64,000 nt of DNA from a candidate division WOR-3 bacterium. Its GTDB lineage: Bacteria; Hydrothermota; 32-111. Below the pieces are notes generated by a model, which ran no database searches, was not told where the DNA came from, and was given only the letters and a program-made list of their open reading frames with translations. The stretch spans positions 128,001-192,000 of the forward strand of contig JBDRZU010000001.1 of assembly GCA_039804105.1 (NCBI GenBank), in the 5' to 3' direction. This document shows, in pieces, positions 57,580-64,000 of this stretch. Position 1 is the first letter of the stretch; each line of letters starts with the position of its first letter. The position numbers and the translations under genes are program-made.

Positions 57580-58795
57580 TTGTATAATCGTTGGTACTTT
57601 TTCTAAAAATGAGTCTGAAGATAGGATCAACAAAACAATACTTGAGATGAAAGATCTATCTTCATCACTCGATATGGTAAGCAAAGAAGATGTGATTCAA
57701 AAAATCGAAAAAATAAATCCTGCTTTTTATATTGGAAAAGGGAAGGTGGATGAAATTCGTCAGATGGTTGAAAAGTTAAAAGTTGACTCTGTTATATTCT
57801 CAAACGAATTATCACCTTTACAAAAGAGAAATTTAGAAAAATATCTCAATGTAAGTGTTGTTGATAGAACAGAGCTGATTTTGAGGATTTTCGAAAGGAA
57901 TGCGAAAACAACGATATCAAAACTTGAAAGTGAACTCGCAAAATGGATTTATATGCTACCAAGGTTAACGGGGAAAGGGATCACGATGTCGCAGACAGGT
58001 GCTGGAATAGGAACAAGAGGCCCGGGAGAGAAAAAATTGGAAGTTGAAAAAAGATATATCGAAAAAAGGATCGAAATTTTGAAAAAGAAGATTAAAGAGT
58101 ATCAAAAAAGTGTGAAAGTTAAAAGTGAGAAAAGGAAAAATCTTTTTAAGGTTACACTTTTTGGATATACGAACGCTGGCAAAACAACCATAATGAACAG
58201 GTTAACAAGGAACAGATTTTATACTGATGATAAACTTTTCACCACACTTGATACTGTGACCAGGAAACTTGAAAAATATATAGTTGTTACAGATACGGTC
58301 GGTTTTCTTGGTGATTTACCACATGAGATAATAGAATCTTTTAAATTAACTATAGAAGAAGCATCTGATTCAGATTTAAAACTTTTTGTTGTTGATATTT
58401 CAGATCAATATATAGATCTTGTTCTTGAAGATATGGCAAAAGTGATTGAACAGTTAAAGTTGAACAAGGGAGATATTGTATATGTTTTTAATAAGATCGA
58501 TTTGCTTTTAAATTACAATAGAATAAACTATTTCAGTGATGTTTACAAAAATTCAATTTTTATTTCAGCAAAAACAGGAGATAATTTTGAAATGTTGAAA
58601 AAGGTTATTCTCGAAAAGTTTTATAATTCTCTTGATTATTTTGAAATTTCCTGTGATGATGAAATGTTGGAAAAAATTTTGAAATATGTTAACAGATTCG
58701 GAATAATAGTTGAAATGAAGAGTGATCTTGAGAATAATTTAAAATTTTATATACCAAAAAGATATTCAAAATTTATCAGAACAAATTTTTTATAA
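57569..58795 (+). CDS. hflX: GTPase HflX
   Basis: IGKGKV, GIGTRGPGEKKLE, GYTNAGKT, DTVGF and NKID. Confidence 0.95.
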   Translation: MKSSCIIVGTFSKNESEDRINKTILEMKDLSSSLDMVSKEDVIQKIEKINPAFYIGKGKVDEIRQMVEKLKVDSVIFSNELSPLQKRNLEKYLNVSVVDRTELILRIFERNAKTTISKLESELAKWIYMLPRLTGKGITMSQTGAGIGTRGPGEKKLEVEKRYIEKRIEILKKKIKEYQKSVKVKSEKRKNLFKVTLFGYTNAGKTTIMNRLTRNRFYTDDKLFTTLDTVTRKLEKYIVVTDTVGFLGDLPHEIIESFKLTIEEASDSDLKLFVVDISDQYIDLVLEDMAKVIEQLKLNKGDIVYVFNKIDLLLNYNRINYFSDVYKNSIFISAKTGDNFEMLKKVILEKFYNSLDYFEISCDDEMLEKILKYVNRFGIIVEMKSDLENNLKFYIPKRYSKFIRTNFL

Positions 58796-58801
58796 TTTTT
58801 T

Positions 58802-59548
58802 ATGGAAAAGTTATCTATAATAGGTTACGGTAGGTTTGGTAAAGTTTTTAAGAGAAATTATGAAAAATTTTTTCAACATAAAAAAGTTTATTATATTTAT
58901 GATAAAAGATTTAAAAAGACACTGAACCTTACAAAACTTTTTTCGTCTGATATAATTTTAATATCTGTGAACGATGATTCAATTTTAGATGTTTTAAAAA
59001 TCATAAAAAATTTCGATAAAGAGGTTATACTTGTTTCAGGATCCTGTGAGTTGAAACAAGCAAAGAAAATTTTGAAGAGAGCATCAAATGTATCAATATT
59101 TCATCCGATTCAGTCGTTTCAGAAGAACGATAGACCTGAAGTGTTCAAAAATATTTATGCTACCTGTGAATCTGAAAAGAGATCAAAGTTTATTGATGAT
59201 TTTTGTAAGGTAAACAGGATTAAACTTTTAAGATTAAAAAATATTAAAAGAAAGAAATATCATCTATCTTCAATGTTAGCTTTAAACTACACTCTCACAC
59301 TTCTTTCTATTTCCGAAAATCTGTTTCAGATTTCAACATCTAAAAATTTTGGAGTAAAACCATTTTTACCCGCATTACAAACTCTTATCAGAAAACTCGG
59401 TTCGAAAAAAATTAAAAATGTGATATCGGGACCTTCAATAAGGAAAGATGTGAAATTGATCAAAGAAATTTCAAAAAGTATAGATGACTCCGAAGTAAAA
59501 AAACTTTTTTTGCTTCTCGATAAAGTAACACGGGAAAAAATCAAATGA
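58802..59548 (+). CDS. Rossmann-like/DUF2520 oxidoreductase (PanG-like)
   Basis: IIGYGRFG, SVNDD, FHPIQSF, YH and SGPSIRKD. Adjacent to coaX. Confidence 0.7.
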   Translation: MEKLSIIGYGRFGKVFKRNYEKFFQHKKVYYIYDKRFKKTLNLTKLFSSDIILISVNDDSILDVLKIIKNFDKEVILVSGSCELKQAKKILKRASNVSIFHPIQSFQKNDRPEVFKNIYATCESEKRSKFIDDFCKVNRIKLLRLKNIKRKKYHLSSMLALNYTLTLLSISENLFQISTSKNFGVKPFLPALQTLIRKLGSKKIKNVISGPSIRKDVKLIKEISKSIDDSEVKKLFLLLDKVTREKIK

Positions 59549-60255
59549 AAACTGTTGCTGTTGACATAGGAAATTCAAAAATTAAAATTGGATTGATTTC
59601 AAAAGATGTTTTGAAAAAAGTTTATACCTTTGATCAAAATGTACCGGAAAAAATTTTAAAATTTTCTCCAGAAAGAATATACGCTATCTCTGTAAACAAA
59701 AAAAACAAAAAGATTTTTGAACAATCTTGTTCCAAAAAGTTTGATTTTAATGTGTTATTTCTTGAAAAAACAAAAAATGTTTTTGAATCCGAATACTCTT
59801 ATGAAAATATTGGTATAGATAGATTTGTTTCTGTGTATTATGCAATAAAAAGAAAATTATATCCTTCATTGTTAATAGATCTGGGAACAGCTGATACTTA
59901 TGATTTTATTGATGAAAAAGGGAAACATCTTGGTGGGTTTATTTCAGCGGGTTTACAGACAATATCCTATGCCCTTGAAAGAAAAACAGATAATCTCTTT
60001 AAAGTGGAAACATCCACTTTTGATGAAAAAGTTGGTAAAGATACAGAACAGGCATTAAAGAATGGAATATTTTTGCAATGGATTTCTGGAATTTTAACTT
60101 TTATTGGTTTTGGTAAAAAAATTCTTGGAGATTCTAAAATTATCATCACTGGTGGTAACTCGTATCTTTTACAGGATTATATAAAAGATGCAATTTTTGA
60201 TAAAGATTTTCTGTTAAAGGCGATAAATGAATATGGAAAAGATTTTTTTAGTTAA
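59545..60255 (+). CDS. coaX: Type III pantothenate kinase
   Basis: DIGNS, GIDR, IDLGTA, GGFI and ITGG. Confidence 0.9.
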   Translation: MKTVAVDIGNSKIKIGLISKDVLKKVYTFDQNVPEKILKFSPERIYAISVNKKNKKIFEQSCSKKFDFNVLFLEKTKNVFESEYSYENIGIDRFVSVYYAIKRKLYPSLLIDLGTADTYDFIDEKGKHLGGFISAGLQTISYALERKTDNLFKVETSTFDEKVGKDTEQALKNGIFLQWISGILTFIGFGKKILGDSKIIITGGNSYLLQDYIKDAIFDKDFLLKAINEYGKDFFS

Positions 60256-60652
60256 AGAGGTTGAAGGTTTAAAAGAAATTGTTGATTTTATTTTAAATTT
60301 AAAATTGTCTACTCCGGTAGTATTTCTTTATGGAAACCTTGGTGCTGGGAAAACAGAATTTGTTAGAGTGTTCGCTAAACATTTCAAAATCGAAAATGTT
60401 TCAAGCCCGACTTTCAATATTGTACATGTTTATGAAAACGAAATGATAAAAATAACCCACATAGACCTCTATCGGATAACAAATATAAATTATGTTTTTG
60501 AACTTGACATATTCCAACTTTTTGAGGATTCAAATTTTACTTTTATCGAATGGCCTGAATTACTTGACCATATTGATCTTAAGCATTATCATTTGATAAA
60601 AATTTTTTTTGATGTAGAGAATGAAAAAAGAAAGGTAAAGATTATATGTTAG
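60227..60652 (+). CDS. tsaE: t6A biosynthesis ATPase TsaE
   Basis: GNLGAGKT, SSPTF, HIDLYR and IEWP. Confidence 0.93.
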   Translation: MNMEKIFLVKEVEGLKEIVDFILNLKLSTPVVFLYGNLGAGKTEFVRVFAKHFKIENVSSPTFNIVHVYENEMIKITHIDLYRITNINYVFELDIFQLFEDSNFTFIEWPELLDHIDLKHYHLIKIFFDVENEKRKVKIIC

Positions 60653-61242
60653 ATGTTTATATTTCATCTGTGACTTCACAACTGACAGTTTTATTGGTTG
60701 GTGATAATTTTAATATTTTTAGAAAAGTTGAAGATAAAGATTTTCTCGTTGAACTTCCTAAAATTTTCGATAACGATGATTTGAAGAATATTTTTAAAGG
60801 AAATATCTTAAAAAATGTTTTTATCCTTTCTGGAGTTGGCAAACTCACAGGGATGAGAATAGGAGAGGCATTTGCAAAAGGTTTGGTTTTAGGTGATGAT
60901 GAAAATAAGATCAAAAGATTAAATGCTCACGATGTGATATCATTTTCAGTCAAAAGTGATAAAAAAATTCTTTCAATCATAAAGATTAGAAAAAATTCAT
61001 ATTCTCTTTCATTGTTTTCAAATAAGAAAGATTTTAAAAGATTGTCCAACAATTTTGAACTTTCAGGTGAGCATGTTAATAGTTACATTAAAAAAAATGA
61101 ATTTTTTATTGTTGGTGAAGGTGCAAGAGATTTTGACAAGAGTTTGGATGAAAAATTTTTATTTCCAGATGCTTTAAAAATGCACGATTATATAAGAGGT
61201 TTTTATGGAAAAAGTGATGGTTTTGATTCCGGCATGCAATGA
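60646..61242 (+). CDS. tsaB: Divergent TsaB
   Basis: GVGKLTGMRIG...AKGL matches the TsaB GPGSFTGLRIG motif. Follows tsaE. Confidence 0.7.
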   Translation: MLDVYISSVTSQLTVLLVGDNFNIFRKVEDKDFLVELPKIFDNDDLKNIFKGNILKNVFILSGVGKLTGMRIGEAFAKGLVLGDDENKIKRLNAHDVISFSVKSDKKILSIIKIRKNSYSLSLFSNKKDFKRLSNNFELSGEHVNSYIKKNEFFIVGEGARDFDKSLDEKFLFPDALKMHDYIRGFYGKSDGFDSGMQ

Positions 61243-61867
61243 GGAAAGATTTATAAGAAAATTGATCGAAGAGATAAAACAAAAATATGGTTTAAAAGTT
61301 ATAGTTGTAGATGATGGTTCAAAGGATAAAACTTTTGAGGAAGCGAAGAAGATCGCTGATCATGTAATAAAACATTCCCAGAATCAGGGGAAAGGTCAAT
61401 CAATAATAGATGGTATCAATTTCGCTTTTGGAAAATCTGAGTATATTATTCTCATGGATGGAGATTATCAACATTCACCTGATGATATTGGAAATTTCCT
61501 TAAACAAGATTATGAAAATTTTGATATGTTGGTTGGGAAAAGAAAAATGAATTTTCAAAATATGCCTTTTGATAGGTATCTTACAAATAGAACTACCACA
61601 CTTGTAACATCACTTCTTGCAACAAAAAGAGTTTTTGATTCACAATCAGGTTTTAGAATGGTTAAGGTTGAATCGATTAAAAAGTTGAATTTAAAATACA
61701 AAAGGTTTCAAATCGAATCGGAGATGCTTATAAAAGCTGGAAGGATGAAGATGAATATAGGTTATGTTGATATAAAAACTATTTATGGTGATGAAAAATC
61801 AAAAATAAACAAAATACTTGATACATTAAGATTTATAAAAATGTGTTTGGAGATCTTATGTCTTTAA
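61205..61867 (+). CDS. GT2 glycosyltransferase, DPM1/Ppm1-like
   Basis: IPACNEE, DDGSKD, NQGKG, MDGDYQH, DSQSGFR. No TM tail. Confidence 0.85.
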   Translation: MEKVMVLIPACNEERFIRKLIEEIKQKYGLKVIVVDDGSKDKTFEEAKKIADHVIKHSQNQGKGQSIIDGINFAFGKSEYIILMDGDYQHSPDDIGNFLKQDYENFDMLVGKRKMNFQNMPFDRYLTNRTTTLVTSLLATKRVFDSQSGFRMVKVESIKKLNLKYKRFQIESEMLIKAGRMKMNIGYVDIKTIYGDEKSKINKILDTLRFIKMCLEILCL

Positions 61868-62607
61868 AAATTCTTCTATCAAACGATGATGGCTTTTACG
61901 CGGAAGGTTTGAAGACATTGAAAGAAATTTTAATCTCTCTTGGACATCAGGTTTATATAGTTGCTCCATCACAAAACCAATCAGCAACAAGTCATTCTCT
62001 AACTTTAACAATTCCTTTGAGGATCAACAGAGTTAATAAGAATGAATATATAACAACCGGAACACCAACAGATTGTGTTTTGATAGCAACACATGGATTG
62101 ATCAAAGAAAAGTTTGATTATGTTTTTTCAGGGATAAACCATGGACCAAATATGGGAGAAGATGTGATATATTCTGGAACTGTTGCTGCTGCAATGGAAG
62201 GTGTTTTGATGAATATACCCTCTGTTGCTTTTTCGATGGCTGCATTTGAAAATGTTGATTTTGCTTATGCAAAGGATGTTGTTCCAAAAATAATCGAACT
62301 TTTAAAACTTATAGGTAAGAGAAAAAGGTTGCTTTTGAATGTGAATATACCAAATAGTTCTATAAAAGGTTATAAAATAACAAAACTTGGAAGCAGGATA
62401 TATTCTGACTCACTCATAACAAAAATTGATCCGAGAGGGAAAAAATATTACTGGATAGGTGGAGAGAAACCTACATACAAGATAAAAAAAGGCACAGATT
62501 TTGAAGCGATCGAAAAAGGTTATGTTTCTATAACACCGATAACATTTGATTTAACAGATTTTAGAATGTTAACTAAAATTAAAAAGGTAGCGAAAAATGT
62601 CTTTTGA
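61858..62607 (+). CDS. surE: 5'/3'-nucleotidase SurE
   Basis: SNDDG, GTPTDCV, SGINHGPN and YSGTVAAAMEG. Confidence 0.96.
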   Translation: MSLKILLSNDDGFYAEGLKTLKEILISLGHQVYIVAPSQNQSATSHSLTLTIPLRINRVNKNEYITTGTPTDCVLIATHGLIKEKFDYVFSGINHGPNMGEDVIYSGTVAAAMEGVLMNIPSVAFSMAAFENVDFAYAKDVVPKIIELLKLIGKRKRLLLNVNIPNSSIKGYKITKLGSRIYSDSLITKIDPRGKKYYWIGGEKPTYKIKKGTDFEAIEKGYVSITPITFDLTDFRMLTKIKKVAKNVF

Positions 62608-63247
62608 AGATTTAAGAAAAAAGATGGTAGAACAACAGTTAAAAAAAAGAGGTATTAAAGATGAAGAACTTTTAAAGGTATTTGAAGAGATACCAAGAGA
62701 ATTTTTTTTACCAAAAGAACTTGTTAACCTTGCTTACGATGATTCTCCCATTCCTATAGGTTTTGGACAGACGATTTCACAACCTTATATCGTTGCAAGG
62801 ATGACTGAACTTTTAGAGGTGAAAAAAAATGATAGGATTCTTGAAATTGGAACAGGTTCAGGTTATCAGGCAGCGATTCTTTCAAAACTTGGGAAAGTTG
62901 TTTTTACTATCGAAAGGATAACAGAATTAAAAAAATTTGCAGAGTCAAATTTAAAAAAACTTGATATAAAAAATGTTTTTTTAGTTACAGGTGATGGAAC
63001 TATCGGTTTATCGAATTATGCGCCTTTTGATAAAATAATTGTTACTGCGGCATCTCCACAGATACCGAAAAACCTTGTTGACCAGTTATCAGATAAAGGT
63101 ATAATGGTTTTGCCATTTGGAGATATATCTTTGCAGGTGTTAACGAAAGTTATTAAGTCAAATGGTGAAATAAAAGTTGAAAAATACGACTACTGTAGAT
63201 TTGTGCCTTTGCTTGGTAAATATGGATTTTTTGAAAACGGGGTGTAG
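62597..63247 (+). CDS. pcm: Protein-L-isoaspartate O-methyltransferase
   Basis: GQTISQP, LEIGTGSGY, APFD, FVPL and surE-pcm synteny. Confidence 0.96.
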   Translation: MSFEDLRKKMVEQQLKKRGIKDEELLKVFEEIPREFFLPKELVNLAYDDSPIPIGFGQTISQPYIVARMTELLEVKKNDRILEIGTGSGYQAAILSKLGKVVFTIERITELKKFAESNLKKLDIKNVFLVTGDGTIGLSNYAPFDKIIVTAASPQIPKNLVDQLSDKGIMVLPFGDISLQVLTKVIKSNGEIKVEKYDYCRFVPLLGKYGFFENGV

Positions 63248-63313
63248 CGCAGATGGAAGCGCGCTTGGTTCGGGACCAAGAGGTCGCTGGTTCAAGTCCA
63301 GTCACCCCGACCA
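63238..63313 (+). tRNA. tRNA-Pro(CGG)
   Basis: 76 nt. Acceptor stem CGGGGTG/CACCCCG, anticodon arm CTTGG-TTCGGGA-CCAAG, GGTTCAAG T-loop, discriminator A and encoded CCA. Confidence 0.96.
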
Positions 63314-64000
63314 AATGCAACTTTTATCAATTTCTGGGTGAGGATATTTGCTCGCTTGCCTCGACTTCGGCTGCTCGCTTCGCAAATTCCCTTATATTTT
63401 GGGATTAAATCAAATGGACGGACAAAATCAAGAATTATTTTTCTATCAAGCAGGCGGCGGTTCGTTCCAATTTTTTCTACGAACGATTTAATTTCATCAA
63501 AATCGTTTGACGAAGCCAGTTTTTACGCTTGATAAGCGGATAAAATCCAATCTATCAATGGTTCAATCCAATTGTTTCCCTTTCGCCCCAAATTAGCCTT
63601 TTTCTGCAGAAGGGTAACTTTGACTTTAATGAATTCTTCTTTTTTAGCAGTATAAATATCTTTCTCAATTGAACCATCCAAAAAAAAGCATTTAGCAATC
63701 TATCAAGTTTTTGTTCTATTTCTTTAATTTCCTTTTCCAGATTTTTGGCCAAAGATTGCAAAGACTGGATATTTTCTTTTTCCCATATCTCAACTTGTGC
63801 CAACATCTTTTCTTTCCACTCTTCGCAAAGAGCGACTTTTGAGTTTTTTTATAATTTTTCAACTAGCAAATCTTCTCTTAGATATCTTTGAGAGCAAGGA
63901 CCGACCTGTTTTGTGCAATGATAGTAGCGGTATGTTCCGTCATTGCCATGCGCCCATTTCGCTGTAATTGCCGCGCTGCACTCACCGCATTTAAAAAGTT
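63292..64000 (-). pseudogene. C-terminal half of a large serine recombinase, disrupted (continues beyond the window)
   Basis: Zinc ribbon LFKCGECS...YRYYHC...PCSQRYLRED followed by a coiled coil. In-frame TAA at 63849-63851 and 63523-63525, and a frameshift at the A8 run 63680-63687. Confidence 0.8.
63314..64000. mobile_element. Edge of an integrative element remnant at tRNA-Pro
   Basis: Integrase remnant converging on the tRNA 3' end. Sequence is visibly richer in GC and CG dinucleotides than the preceding core genes. Confidence 0.65.

Noticed and set aside
63338..63532. 64-aa plus-strand ORF after the tRNA
   Set aside because: It is the antisense shadow of the integrase remnant.
63680..63687. 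A8 run as a programmed frameshift or phase-variation switch
   Set aside because: Two further in-frame stops indicate general decay. A homopolymer sequencing error is also possible.
1..64000. CRISPR arrays, rRNA, riboswitches (for example SAM before metK) and IS elements
   Set aside because: No repeat-spacer pattern or transposase was seen. metK has only a 14-nt upstream gap, and most intergenic regions are too short.

Overview
An AT-rich, very gene-dense bacterial chromosome segment, mostly housekeeping, with many overlapping or translationally coupled genes. SprA, a T9SS-type C-terminal sorting domain and a DUF2723 protein suggest a diderm lineage related to the FCB group; this taxonomic reading is inference. 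From left to right: (1) a partial Na+/Pi cotransporter, hisC and ptb; (2) a minus-strand type IV minor-pilin operon behind a sigma54-type promoter (FimT-, PilV-, giant PilW- and PilX-like genes, three accessory genes, no PilY1); (3) an AmmeMemoRadiSam radical SAM gene divergent from a lexA / small beta-protein / Y-family polymerase cassette with a palindromic operator; (4) tilS-hpt-ftsH-folE-folP-dacA, DUF2279, DUF2723, nfo and sprA; (5) a kinase, a receiver and an EAL protein followed by mutL-miaA; (6) an orphan pilin-like gene; (7) a minus-strand block of T9SS cargo, smpB, amidase and murI; (8) a long plus-strand run from a degenerate serine recombinase and uvrA through PTS, metK/ahcY, glycosyltransferases, ispDF, hflX, coaX, tsaEB, surE and pcm; (9) tRNA-Pro(CGG) followed by the decayed large serine recombinase of an element integrated there. 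No CRISPR array, rRNA or tmRNA was seen. The best candidates for novel biology are a putative D-S/T protein O-mannosylation pathway, the adhesin-fused PilW operon, the lexA cassette, the domesticated recombinase ahead of uvrA, a probable ACG/CTG start codon, and a pcm stop codon lying inside the tRNA. All family assignments come from motif recognition by eye, not database searches.
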